The notes: generated by a model not told the origin, from the sequence alone. A stretch of 64,000 bases of DNA from an uncultured Planctomycetaceae bacterium (GCA_963813715.1 CAWFAK010000008.1:288001-352000); one strand, 5' to 3'; positions 1 through 12,258 are shown, counted from the first letter of the stretch. Numbers and translations are program-made.

Positions 1-19
1 GCCACTCGGGAGTCGCTCT

Positions 20-1677
20 TTGAAGATTGCCCTGGCCCAGCTCAATCCGATCGTCGGCGATCTGCACGGCAACTGCGAGTTGGTCCGTGCCGCCGCTGAC
101 GACGCGCTCGCGCGGGGGCCGACCTGCTCGTCACCTCCGAATTGCTCGTGAGCGGCTATCCCCCAAAGGATTTGTTGTTGCGGGAAGGGTTTGTCGCCGC
201 CTGCGACCGTGCGATCGACGAGTTGGCCGCCAGCCTGCCGCACGGACTGACCGTAATCGTCGGGCACCCCAGCCATCGCGAAGTTCCCGGCCGCGGCATC
301 GCCAACGCGGCCAGCGTGCTGGAGCACGGGCGAGTCGCGGCGACCGTCCACAAGATGCTCCTGCCCAATTATGACGTCTTCGACGAGCAGCGTTATTTTC
401 GCCCCGCCGATCGGGTCGCGCCGGTACGGATCGCCGGGCGTCGATTCGGCCTGCACATCTGCGAAGACGCCTGGTGGGGAGATGAAACGACCACCTACCA
501 TATCCCGCCGCGCCCACTGCCCGATCCGGTGGCGCTCCTGGCGGAGGCCGGCGTCGACGCGTTCATCAACGTTTCGGCCAGCCCGTTCGAGCTGTCGAAG
601 CCCGCGCGGCGGCTCGAATTGATCAAGAGACACGTCGCGCGGCATCATCGGCCCTTTCTGTTCGTCAACCAGGTCGGCGGCAACGACGATCTGGTCTTCG
701 ACGGTCACAGCCTCGTGCTGAACGCGGCGGGCGAGTGTGCGCTGAGTCTGAAGGGCTTTGACAGCGAGCTGGCGTTTTGTGACCTCGACCGTCTGCCCGC
801 AGTGCCCGCGCCACAGCCGTCGCGGCCCGCGTTGCTCTTGGACGCGCTTGTGCTGGGCCTGCGCGACTACATGCGGAAGAGCGGCTTTCGCGACTGCGTG
901 CTGGGCGTTTCCGGCGGCATCGACAGTGCGCTCGCCTGTTACATCGCGGCCCGCGCTGTCGGTCCCGAGCACGTTCACGCGCTGCTCATGCCCAGCCGCC
1001 ACAGCAGCGAACACAGCGTGAACGACGCGCGGCAGCTGGCCGCCAACCTGGGCGTCGACGCCGAAGTGATTCCGATCGACGCCATTCATCGGGCTTACGA
1101 AGGGACGGCCGTCGTCGGCGCCGACCTGGCGAGCCAGCCGGGGGGACTCGCCGACCAGAACATCCAGGCCCGCATCCGCGGCGCCTTGGTGATGATCCGA
1201 AGCAATCGCTACGGCTGGCTGGCGCTCGCCACCGGCAACAAGAGCGAGCTGGCGGTCGGCTATTGCACGCTCTACGGCGACATGGCCGGCGGATTTGCCG
1301 TCCTGTGCGACGTCTTCAAGCGCGATGTGTACGCCGTCGCCCGCTACATCAACGAAACCCTCGAAAAACGAGAAGTGATCCCGGCCAGCACCCTCGACAA
1401 AGCGCCGAGCGCCGAGCTGGCTCCGCACCAGTTTGACCAGGACACGCTCCCTCCGTACGACGTGCTTGACGCCATTCTCGAAGGCCTGATCGAGCGCGAA
1501 CTGTCGGTATCGGCTCTCTCCAAACAATTTCCACCTGACACGGTCCGCTGGGTGGCCCGCCAGCTCGACCGCAACGAATTCAAACGCCGCCAAATGCCGC
1601 CGGGCATCAAACTTTCGCAACGCGCGTTCGGCAGCGGCCGCCGCATGCCGATGGCGGCGAAGATCGACTTCACCTAG
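20..1677 (+). CDS. nadE: Glutamine-dependent NAD+ synthetase (frameshift near 118)
   Basis: TTG at 20 gives [14 protein letters not shown]; after a G-run indel it joins ORF 142-1677. Nitrilase-type residues ([16 protein letters not shown]) and synthetase motifs ([27 protein letters not shown]). Confidence 0.93.
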
Positions 1678-1856
1678 TCGGACGGCGAGCTGGCGGGTCT
1701 TCCACGCAGGGCTCGAATCGGCCTCAATTCCGGGCTCGCGCGAAGCACTCGGCGCACCCGCACATCTGCACCGCTGCACAAATAGACTCAGTTCGCGTTG
1801 CAGCAATGTCATCCCCAGCCTGCCCGCCGCCGGGAAATGTAAACGAGAATTCGCAA

Positions 1857-1885
1857 TTGACATCAGCGGCTGCTTATTGGACGAT
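1857..1885 (+). promoter_or_regulatory. Putative sigma-70 promoter upstream of lpxA
   Basis: TTGACA-N17-GACGAT; perfect -35 and weak -10. Confidence 0.3.
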
Positions 1886-2004
1886 CCGCCCCTCACCGAT
1901 CACTCAATTCGGCTCAGCGAAGTCGAAGTTGCGTTCGCCGCGAGCAACGCCATTTCACGGCTACCCAGCCAATACTGCTGCAAGATGCGGCAAATCGGAG
2001 ACCG

Positions 2005-2799
2005 ATGAGCGTCCATCCGACTGCGATTATCGACTCCTTGGCGACCATCGATTCCACGGCGACCGTAGGACCTTATGCGGTGATTGACGGCCCGGTGCGG
2101 ATCGGGCCCGAATGCCGGATCGGGGCGGCGGCCATCATTCTGGGCCACACCGAGATCGGCGCCGGCTGCCAGATTCATTCGCATGCCGTTATTGGCGACC
2201 TTCCTCAGGATCGCGCGTATGAGGGCGGCCCCAGCTTTTGCCGGTTGGGCGAAAACTGCTCCGTGCGGGAGGGGGTCACCATCCATCGCGGTTCCTCGGC
2301 CGATACGGCGACCGTGATCGGCGACAACTGTTTGCTGATGACCAACTGTCACGTCGGCCACAACTGCGAGATTGGAAGCGGGACGGTCCTGGTGAGCGGA
2401 GCACTGCTCGCAGGTTACGTGCAGGTCGGAGCCCGCGCGACCATCTCCGGCAATGCCGCCATTCACCAGTTCGTCCGGATCGGCGAGCTGGCGATGGTCA
2501 GCGGATTGGGGAAGATCGTCCAGGACGTGCCCCCGTTCTTCATGACCGATCGCGAGGGGGCGATCGTCGGCGAGAACCGCGTCGGCCTGATGCGGGCCGG
2601 TTTTACGGCACAGGAACGACAGGAAATCAAGGCGGCCTTCCGCGCGATCTACCGCTGTGGCATGAGTCACCAGGCGGCCATCGAGCACCTGACCGGCTAC
2701 ATCTCGAGCGACGCCGGCCTCCGCTTGCTGGCCTTCCTCAGCGAAAAATCGACGCGCGGCCTCTCCCGCGACGCGTATCGCCTCAAACGGGCAGCCTGA
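2005..2799 (+). CDS. lpxA: Acyl-ACP--UDP-N-acetylglucosamine O-acyltransferase
   Basis: Hexapeptide repeats; VHPTAII start, IGDLPQD, REGVTIHRG, HVGHNC, HQFVRIG, QDVPPF, NRVGLMRAGF. Confidence 0.92.
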   Translation: MSVHPTAIIDSLATIDSTATVGPYAVIDGPVRIGPECRIGAAAIILGHTEIGAGCQIHSHAVIGDLPQDRAYEGGPSFCRLGENCSVREGVTIHRGSSADTATVIGDNCLLMTNCHVGHNCEIGSGTVLVSGALLAGYVQVGARATISGNAAIHQFVRIGELAMVSGLGKIVQDVPPFFMTDREGAIVGENRVGLMRAGFTAQERQEIKAAFRAIYRCGMSHQAAIEHLTGYISSDAGLRLLAFLSEKSTRGLSRDAYRLKRAA

Positions 2800-2864
2800 T
2801 TCTGGCGGTGCCGGTTCGGTCAAACGGCAATCCCGTCCCGGCATTCGAGTCCCGTCCCGCGGTG

Positions 2865-2945
2865 AGTCCAAAGTCCCGTGGTCCAAAGTCCAAAGTCAGG
2901 ATTGCGGGCCCATGATTCTCGACCTTGGACTTTGGACCTTGGACT
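2865..2945. repeat. Inverted heptamer repeat (GTCCAAA)n / (TTTGGAC)n
   Basis: gtccaaagtccaaagtc (2881-2897) pairs with gaccttggactttggac (2921-2937), one mismatch. Confidence 0.8.
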
Positions 2946-2980
2946 AAAACGAGTCTCCCATCTTACCCCCCCTCGCCCGA

Positions 2981-3700
2981 CCACCCGGTCCCGTACATCC
3001 CGGAAAGTGTCCGGACCGGATATTTGCCGGTCTGCGCTCGGTAAATCATCGTGTCCCATCCCGCTCTTCTCGTCATCCCCTCGCCCCTCGGGGAGAGGAA
3101 GTGATCAAGATTTGAACAGGGGGCAGCAGAGGTAACAGAGAGGTCAAGGCATTCCGGAGTCTCGATCGCGTGGTCCCGTTCCACCCGGTCCCGTTCTCCC
3201 AAAAGTGTCCGGACCGGATATTTGTCGGTCTGCGCCGGTAAATCAACGAGTCCCGTCCCGGTCTTTGTCTTTCTCCCCTCGCCCCTGGCGGGAGAGCGGC
3301 GGGGGTGAGGGGGCAACGGCGAGGTGCCCGTCTCGGTCCAAGTGAGCTCTAACCAAGCCGGTCTTCTTTGATCCAAGAAGTGTCCGGACCGGATATTTCT
3401 CGGTCTGCGCTCGGTAAATCATCGTGTCCCGTCCCGCTCTTCTCGTCATCCCCTCGCCCCTCGGGGAGAGGAAGTGATCAAGATTTGAACAGGAGGCAAC
3501 AGAGGTAACAGAGAGGTCAAGGCATTGCGGAGCTCGATCGCGTGGTCCCCGGTCCCTTGGTCCCGAAGTGTCCGGACCGGATATTTCTCGGTCTGCACTC
3601 GATAAATCATCGTGTCCCGTCCCACAGGTCCCGACGATTACGGCCAGGTCATTGGGGTCCCGGTCCCGCCTTCCGGCTCGTGAATGTGTCCGGACCGGAC
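2981..3700. repeat. Non-coding tandem array of about 50-bp conserved cores with about 175-200 bp period
   Basis: Core AAGTGTCCGGACCGGATATTT-N2-CGGTCTGC...TAAATCA at 3005, 3203, 3378 and 3566, partial copy at 3686. Segments 3005-3177 and 3378-3549 are near-identical. Confidence 0.9.
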
Positions 3701-4623
3701 CTCACGGCCTACTCGAGGGGGGACAGGTCCGCGAATCAATCCCGTCCCACAGTCGCCGCGCTCGAGGTCAGGAGGCAAACCGTCGACATAGCGAGCGGCA
3801 GGGTGAGCTGGACGGATCCCGAGCGGTCCCCACAAAAGCGTCAAAATCGAGCCTACCACGCCGAACGCAATTCGCGAATACCGCGTTTCTACGCGCTCAT
3901 AAACAAGGCCGCAATTTTCCGGTAGCTGGAGAGACGGCTTCCCGAGGGCTTGATCGTTACCAGGGATTCGCGGTTGTCTCTGCCCCGTTGGGGCTGCGGA
4001 GATGCGCAGGTTGCCGCGGCGCTCCAACCACGCAATAGCACGGGACCAATCCTGCGGCGATGCTCGAATGAGACGGGGGCTCCCGCCAAGGCGGATGCCG
4101 CTGCCACCCTGCCGCCGCTGATATCGTCGCGGCATCGGGTTTGGGTGTCGATCCCATGCGAGCGTCCACTCGTCCCAGCACGTGGCTAAGCCCGTTGCCA
4201 GACACTCACGATCTTTTTTGTTGGCTTTCGTCCACCAAGGCTGTGAACGAAGTAGTTCCCGGACAGACTCACCAGTGATGACAAAATCTCGGTAGGCAGG
4301 CTGTTTGCGTTTGAGTCGACGCAGGTCTTGTTAAATTTTTGGTTCGCCGCGGCACCGCAGCCACCGCTCCAGTATGCGTCGAAAAAGCGATCAAAGAACT
4401 CATCCTTGTAGGTGCCCTGGTGCCACACGCCGCCAATGCCGATGAGACGCTGCCACGCATAATCCACGATCGCCTTGTAAGCTTCCTCGACACTTACGAA
4501 CAGAGGTTTGTGCCAGGGTCGTCCTACAATCCAGTCCTTGCACTTCTCAAGGACGTGTTCAGGTAACTTATCGGTCGCTCACCACTTTGGTCCCAAATAC
4601 GTAGAAAGTCTGCGACGCGACAT
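3638..4623 (-). pseudogene. Fragmented hypothetical protein in a lower-GC patch
   Basis: Protein-like minus-strand frames (LPEHVLEKCKDWIVGRPW...DAYWSGG, then DLRRLKRKQPAYRDFVITGESVRELL...) broken by an in-frame TGA near 4580 and a frame change near 4330. Confidence 0.3.
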
Positions 4624-4649
4624 TTTTGCCAGCGGTTCGGCGCGACATC

Positions 4650-5673
4650 TCAGTGTTTCTCCGCCTTCTCCCATCTCGGCACCAACTCCATCGTCACCTC
4701 GGTCCCGCGCGGCGGGATGCGTTCGGTCCAGGCTTCGAACAACAAGCCTTCGTCTTGCTTGTCGGTGCTCTTGATGGCCAGGTCGAGCATGGCGTCGGGG
4801 AAGTTGGAGACGCAGATCAGGTCGCCGGCTTCGGCTTCGTAGACCTTGTGCCCCGTCGTCGGGTCGACGTATTCGCCGCTGCCGGGGAAGACCCAGCCGA
4901 CGTCGAGCTGGCGCGATTGGCTTTGGTCGAAGAATGAGCCGATCGCTTTGCGATACGCGGGGTCCTTGCTGAGTGTCAAAAGCTTGTCGCGCTGTTGGGC
5001 GGTCATCGGGCCGAACCAGGCGAGCTGCTTGAACTTTTCAAAGAAGCGAATCGGCAGCGCTTCGTCGTTCTCCGGGAGCTTAAGGCCGGCGGGCAATTGG
5101 TCCATCGTGGCGACGAAGTAGCGGTGCGTCGCGTACCGAATCCATTCCTGCGCCTTCACGCGGTGCCGCTTGCCGTCCGCGTCGGCCCATTGCAGAAAGA
5201 TGTCGATCGGCTGGCCGGTCGGCGGCCGAAAGGTCGGCTGGTACTGGACGGGAGCGCCGGCCTTGGCTCCCAAAGCCGAGCAGCCCCGCGTGAATCACGT
5301 AGGCCCGCCCCTCGACGCCAAGGATCGACTCGTGCTCCTTGGTTTGAGCCGGGCACGCCAGCATTTCGAGAAAGCCTTCCCGCAGGACGACGTGCGTTCT
5401 CACCAGCAACCGCTTGCCGACGCGGTCCAACTGGACGGTTCCCTTGGGATCGAGGGGAATGAGCTGCTCGGCCGTTTTCTTGGTGGCGGCCGCCGTGGCG
5501 CCGGGCGTTGCATCGCTTGCCGGAGGATCGCCGGCGTTAACGGGTGATTGCGTGGCGAGCGCGGAGAGTCCCAGCACGGTTGATACCAGTGCGAGGGCGC
5601 GGAGCCCCCGCGCCGTTTGCATCGGCGCTTGAGCAGAATCGCTGCGGACGAAGTCTTTGAGGCCGCGACGCAT
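4650..5673 (-). CDS. YdjY-domain secreted protein (frameshift near 5277)
   Basis: Signal-like N-terminus; LREGFLEMLACPAQTKEHESIL, IHAGLL, GAKAGAPV and GDLICVSNF motifs across ORFs 5080-5673 and 4650-5273. Confidence 0.8.
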
Positions 5674-5676
5674 GGG

Positions 5677-7704
5677 TCACCTTGCCGGCGAAGCCGTCTT
5701 GGGATTTTTGGACGCTGGTTCCTTGAGTTTCTTTTCCGTCAGGTCGCGGATTCGGAGGCGGGCTTCGGCGTCGGCCGGGGCCATGGCGATCACCTTTTGA
5801 TAGGCAGCGATCGACTCCTCGATATGTCCCTGTTCGGACAGGATGTGGGCGATCTGCCTCTGGCATTCTACGTGCTTGGGATCGACTTCCAGTCCCTGCC
5901 GGGCGTAATCGATGGCCTGGTCGTATTGCCGCAACTCGTCGCAGAGCATCGACAGATTGTAGTAGGTCATGGGGTCCTTGGGTTCGATCTCGAGCGCTCG
6001 ATTGAATTCCTTGCGGGCCTCCGCGTACTGGTGCTATTGGCTGAGGATGGTGCCCAGCCCCTCGTGCGGCGAGGCGGAGTCCTCCTTGATTGCGATTGCC
6101 TTGCGATATTCGTTGGCCGCGTCGTCGAGGCGCTTGGCCGCCTGGTAGGCGCTGCCCAGATCGTCGTGCACCAATGCGTCGTCGGGGTCGAGTTGGACGG
6201 CCCGCTCGATGTTTTTGGTCGCGCCTTTGATGTCCTCGCGGACCAAGAGCGCGCAGCCGAGGGCGCTGCGGCTCATGGCGTTGTCTTCGGTCACGGCCAG
6301 AGCGTGCTCGAAGAGCTGGACGTCGTCACCCCAGAGCGCGACCTCTCGAAACCCCAAGAGTCCATAGACGCCGACCGCACTGAGGGCGAGCGCCGCCAAA
6401 ATCCATTGCCGCATGCGACCGCGGCCGGGCAGCAACGATGGGACGAGCCAGGCCACGGCCAGGTAGAGCCCCAACAGGGGCAGGTAAGCGTAGCGATCGG
6501 CCACGCGCTGCTTGCCGATTTGAATCAAGCCGATCAGCGGGAAGAGCGTTCCCAGAAACCAGAGCCAGCCGACGATCAGGTACGGACGCCGCCGCACGTT
6601 GACGACCGCGACCACGCTCGCCGCCACCAGAAACGTCGCGGGAATCAACACGCCGATCGGCCGCAGGCGCTCGAGCGGATGCGGGTAGAAGATCGCCAGG
6701 TCCAGCGGCACGAGCGCCTTCCACGCGTACCAGCCGTACGCCCAGATGGAGTTCAAAACCCGCGCGGAAAACGGGACGGCGGCCAAACTGCGAATGCCGC
6801 CCTCCGCCTGTGCCAAAACGGCCAGCACGCTGAAGCCGGCCACGAGCAGAAACAACGGAATCTTCTCCGCCACCAGGTGACGCAGGTCGGCACGCAGTTG
6901 CGACAGGCCGTCCGACTGTCCGAATCGCCCCAGCGGCCAATAGTCCAGGAGCAAAAACACGCACGGCAGCGTGACAAAGGTTTGCTTCGCCATCAGGCTG
7001 AGCGCGAGACAAACAAACGCCGCGATGTACCGCGAGCGCCGGTGGTTGTGGGCATAGCTGACGTAGGCCCACAGCGAGAGCAGGCCGAAGAACGTGCACA
7101 AAACGTCCTTCCGCTCGGTGATCCAGGCCACCGATTCGACGTGCAGCGGGTGGACGGCGAAGATCGCGGCGACGAACGCGCTCGGCCCCGCACGGCCCGT
7201 CATCCGCGTGAAGATGATAAAGACCAACAGCACGTTGGCCGCGTGCAACAGCACGTTCGTCACGTGGTAGCCGTCGGGCCAGTTTTTATAGATCGTGGCG
7301 TCGAGCATCAGCGACAGCCACGTGAGCGGAATCCAGTTGGAGTCGTTGAACTGGGTGAACGCCCATTTGAGGCCCGACAATTTCAATCCGTCGAGCACGT
7401 AGCGATTCCATTTCACGTACGACGGATCGTCGAGGATGATGAAATCGAAGCCACAGACCTGGAAGTAGACGCCCAAGGTTAGCGCCAGAAGCAGTGCCCC
7501 GAGCAGGAAGTTCGACCGCAACCGGGGCTTGCGCAACGGTGCCGACTGTCGATCGGCCACCGGCGGAGCGGGCGTAACGGCGGCCACGCCGGGCGCTGCG
7601 TCGAGCGGCGGAGTCGCAGCGGACTCAAGCGGTGCACTTGTCGGCGACGGCAATTCGGCGCCGGCGGGCTCGCGACTGCGGGTCAGTCCAAAATTCAATC
7701 GCAA
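5677..7704 (-). CDS. Membrane GT-C (PMT/TMTC-like) protein with C-terminal TPR repeats (frameshift near 6037)
   Basis: DD acidic loop (ILDDPSYV), YHVTNVLLHAAN, FAVHPLHVESVAWITERKD, ADRYAYLP, then TPR helices. Confidence 0.85.
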
Positions 7705-7802
7705 GCCGACACCTGGAGGAACAACGCGGACGCCAAGAATTCGCTGCGCGTCGAAAAGAAGTTCGAGCGCACGGGCCGGACACGGCGAATTCCGCAGCCG
7801 CC

Positions 7803-9262
7803 TTAAGCCATGATATCACGCACGACGGTGCCGGAAACGTCCGTCATGCGGTAGTCGCGCCCGGCGTAGCGATAGGTCAGCCGCGTGTGGTCGAACCCCA
7901 GCAGCGCCAGCATGGTGGCGTGCAGGTCGTGGACGTGGACCCGGTTTTCGACCGCGCGGTAGCCGAAATCGTCGGTCGCCCCGTAGGTCATCCCCCCTTT
8001 GACCCCGCCGCCGGCCAGCCAGACGCTGAAACCCCAGTGATTGTGGTCGCGGCCGAACAGCGGGTTGCCGGTGCCGGCCTGGCCCAGCTCGACGGCCGGC
8101 GTGCGGCCGAACTCGCCGCCGCACAACACGAGCGTTTCCTCCAGCAGGCCCCGCTGCTTGAGGTCGGTGAGCAGGGCGGCAATCGGCTGGTCGCACTGAC
8201 CGGCCAGCTCGCGGTGGTTTTGCTCGAGCTGCGAGTGGGCGTCCCAGGGCTGCACATCGCCATGGTAAAGCTGCACAAAGCGGACGCCCCGTTCGATGAG
8301 GCGGCGGGCGATCAACAACTGGCGGGCCTGCACGCCCGGGCCGTACATCTCCTGGATGTGCTTGGGCTCGCGGGTGACGTCGAACGCGTCGGTGGCGGCC
8401 GTCTGCATGCGGAAGGCCAGCTCGAACGACTCGATCCGCGCTTCGAGCCCCGGTTCGTCCGCCCGCGACTGCTGGTGACGACGATTGAGCGCGGCCAGCA
8501 GGTCGAGCTGCCGCCGCTGGGCGGACTGCGTCAGGGCCGGGTTGCGAATGTTGTCGATCAACTCGTCGACTACGGGTCTTTCGCGTATCGATGTAGGTGC
8601 CCTGAAAGGCCCCCGGCAGAAAGGCCGAGCGCCAGTTGGAGACGTCCGAAACCGGCAGCCCCGGGCACATGGCGATGAAGCCGGGCAGGTTCTGGTTGTC
8701 GGTCCCCATGCCGTACAAGAGCCACGAGCCGAAGCTGGGCCGCGAGAGCCGTTCGTCGCCCGTGTTCATCAGCCGCATCGACTGCTCGTGATTGGGGGTG
8801 TTGCAATACATCGAGCGGATGACGCAGATGTCGTCGGCGTGTCGGGCCGTCTTGTCGAAGATCTCGCTGAACTCCAGCCCGCTTTCCCCGTAGCGACGGA
8901 AGCGAAACGGCGAGGGGAGGGCGGCGCCGGTCGGCCGCTCCGTGCTGAGGTTGCCCGACCGGCAGCCGCTGCCCGGCATACCGCGCGAGGGCCGGCTTGG
9001 GATCGAACGTGTCGACCTGCGAGGGCCCGCCGTTGAGATAAATGTGGATGACGTGCTTGGCCCGTGCCGGGAAAGTGCGGCCCGCTTCGGCGCCTGCGGA
9101 CAAGTCGCTCCCCTGGGCCGTCGACCCGAGCACGCCCGCATCGCCGAGCAAGCCGACCAGCCCGAGCATTCCCAGGCCGGTTCCCGTTTTGGCCAACAGC
9201 TCACGGCGAGACAGAAGATCTCGTCCCAGCGTCGCATTCTTGAGGAGAGAGGAGGGGAGCAT
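7803..9262 (-). CDS. DUF1501 family protein, Tat-exported (frameshifts near 8955 and 8570)
   Basis: SRRELL Tat motif, GGPSQVDTFDPKP, ARRLIERGVRFVQL, WDAH, GEFGRTP, GRDH, VHDLHAT. Confidence 0.9.
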
Positions 9263-9286
9263 CCGATGGTCTCGCTCGCGGACGGT

Positions 9287-12258
9287 TCAATCGACGAACA
9301 TAAACTCGTTCGACGCTAACAACACTTGCGCGTATTGGGCCCACGCGTCGAGCCTGGCCTTGGCATCGCGTTCTTGCTCGCCCAGAGGCTTATCAGCGGC
9401 AGATCGTGGCGGCGTCGGCCTGGACCGCGTCGACGAAGTGCAGGGCCAGTTCGGTTTCGGTTTCGTCGGGTCGGCGCGCGAGAACGAGCTGGTACAAGCT
9501 CTCGACGCGGTCAGTCGGCGACAGCCGGCCCGCGACCTGCCGGACGATTGGCCAGCGAGCGGGCTTGCTCGAGCATGAAGGGCGAGTTCATCGCGAACAG
9601 CGCCTGCTGCGGCACCGTGGTCTGCGGCCGCCGTTCGGCCGATTGGTCCGGATTGGCAAAATCGAACGCGCGGTGGAAGCCGGGCAAGTGCTGACGATCG
9701 ACCAGTCCATAAATCGTGCGGCGGCCGGCAGCTGCGGATCGCCGACGATGTCGATCGCGCGGCCGAAGAGCGTGGGGTCGAGCCGGCCGGAGACCGCCAG
9801 CATCGAATCGCGCATGGCTTCCATGTCGAGCCGCTGTCGATTGAAGCGCCACACAGCCGATTTTCCGGATCGATCCGCCGGCAATCGGGACGGTCGGCAC
9901 TCGACTGCTGATAGGCGGCCGATAGCACGATCCGCCGGTGCAGGCTCTTGATCGACCAGTTGTCGGCCATGAACGTCGCAGGCCAGGTGATCGAGCAGCT
10001 CGGGATTGCGTGGGCGGCGTGGCCCGCACGCCGAAATCGCTGGGCGACTGCACCAGCGGGTCGCCGAAATGATTCATCCAGACGCGGTTGACGAAGACGC
10101 GGGCGGTGAGCGGGTTCTCGCGCGAGGCGATGGCCCGCGCCAGATCGAGCCGTCCGCTGCCGTGCGCAAAGGGCCGCTGGCGATCGCCGGCCAAAACTCG
10201 CAGGAATTGTCGCGGCACGTGCTCGCCCGGTTGGGCCGCATTGCCGCGCACGAAGATCCGCGGGTTGCAGAGACTGGCCGCGTCGTTGACGACCATCGCC
10301 CGAGGCGGAGTCGCCCGCGACTTGACGGCCACCCGATCGAGCTCGAGCTGCAGACGGTGATACCGATCCCGCTCGACTCGCGACATATAGAGGTAAGCGT
10401 TGCTCCGCGGGAACCAGGCTGGCCCCTCCGAACCGGCCAAAATGTCGAGCAACTGCTGCCGAGCCGGATTGTCCGATGCAACCTGGGACCCGATCTTCGC
10501 GGCGGGCGGCTCTTTCGCTTCCTGTTTGGCCTCGGCGTAGGCCTTACGAAATGCGTCGCTGTAAATCCGCGCGACGTCCGCCTTGCTGTGCAGTTCGGTG
10601 CGGGCCAACTCGTCGGCAATCAGCGGATTGAGCTGCCCGGGGGCAGTGCCGCGCGAGAGGCCGAGCCAGTGCTTGGCAATCGCGGGCGCACTCGATTCAA
10701 AGTCGGCGTCGGCCGGCCGCATGAAGTCGCCCCAGGCACCGAAGACCGGGTCTCCGGCCGACGACCGCCGGGCCACATACCGCCGCCAGCGGCCGACGAT
10801 CTGCGGACGCAGCTGGTGCGGGGAGAGCGACATGAAGAAGACGGCGTCTTCGTTCGGATCGGGACGCGTCGTCGCGACGGCCAGCAGGTAATCGCCGACC
10901 TGGCGGCGGGCCTCCTCCGTCTGCTCGTGAAACTGCGTGTCGACGTGCTCCTGAAATTCACGCTCCTTCGCGGCGAACTTTTCGCGGAACTCGGCCACGG
11001 CCGGCGTCGCGGCAGTCTGGCCCATGAGCGGAAGCTCGGCCGGCTCCTCGCTGCTGGCGAAGACGCCGTACAGCCCGTAATAGTCGGCCTGGCTGATCGC
11101 GTCGTACTTGTGATCGTGGCAGCGGGCACAGGCAACGGTCAGTCCGAGCAGGCCGCGGGACACCGTGTCGATGCGATCGTCGTACTCATCGTTCAGGTTG
11201 TAGTCGAAGAGCCGGCCCAGCGTGAGAAAGCCCATCGCCGCCAGCCGCCACGACTCGTCTTTGCCGGCCGTCTGGTCGGCGGCCAGTTGATCGGTGATGA
11301 AGCGATCGTAGGGGACGTCGGCGTTGAAGGCCTTCGTGACGTAGTCGCGATACGTGTACGCGTACGGACGAATCGCGTCGTCGCCGAAAACGAGCACCAG
11401 GTCCTTCGTGTCGGCGTAGCGGGCGACGTCCAGCCAGTGGCGGCCCCAGCGCTCGCCATAGTGGGGCGACGCCAGCAGCCGGTCGACGACCTTCTCGTAA
11501 GCCCGCGGCGAATCGTCGTTGACGAACGCTTCGACTTCGCCGATAGGTCGGCGGCAGCCCGATCAAGTCGAGCGAGACGCGACGCAACAGCGTACGCCGA
11601 TCGGCGGCCGGCGCGGGCGTTAACCCGCGGGCCTCGAGACGTGCCAGCACGAAGCGATCGATCTCGTTGTTGGTCCACGCGGCGTGCTGCACTGCGGGCA
11701 CCGCCGGATTGCGGACCGGCTGATAGGCCCAATGCTTGCGAGCTGCGGCAAAGTCGATCGTCCGCTTCTTCTGCCGCTCGGGGACGCGGCAGAATCACTG
11801 TCCGGCCGATCGCGCGGATCGGGCGCTCCCAGTTTCACCCAATGTTCGACGTCGGCGATCGCGGACGACGGGAGCTTGCCCTTGGGAGGCATTTCGTGGT
11901 CTTCATACCGCAGCGCCCGCACGAGCAGGCTGCCCTGGGGATCGCCGGGGACGATGGCCGGCCCCGACTCGCCGCCCTGTCGCAGCGCGTCGCGGCTATC
12001 GAGCCGCAGCTTGCCTTCAATTTTCTTGGCCTGGCCGGAATGGCACTCGTAGCAGTTCTTGACCAACAGCGGGCGAATCCGCGCCTCGAAGAATTCGATG
12101 CCGGCGTCAGTCGACGCGGCTGGCATGGGTGCCGCCAATGTCGGAGCGGCCAAACACCGAACCAACCCGGCGACCGCGAGCGCGGCCCAAATGCGTCGGG
12201 GGCGTCCGCATCCTGGGACGGTGCTGCCAATGGAAGGCTTCGTGCCAAAGAGAAGCAC
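9287..12258 (-). CDS. Planctomycete cytochrome c / DUF1549 / DUF1553 protein (multiple frameshifts)
   Basis: FFEARIRPLLVKNCYECH (CxxCH), IDRFVLARLE, CARCHDHKYD, SGRLDLARAI, NPLTARVFVNRVW, TTVPQQALF, LLASNEFMFVD. Confidence 0.9.

Noticed and set aside
2981..3700. CRISPR array
   Set aside because: Spacers are about 125-150 bp and two are duplicates, the repeat is about 50 bp and variable, and there are no cas genes.
4579..4581. Selenocysteine or recoded TGA in the cryptic ORF
   Set aside because: No evident SECIS or redox motif; TGA is used as a normal stop throughout the window.
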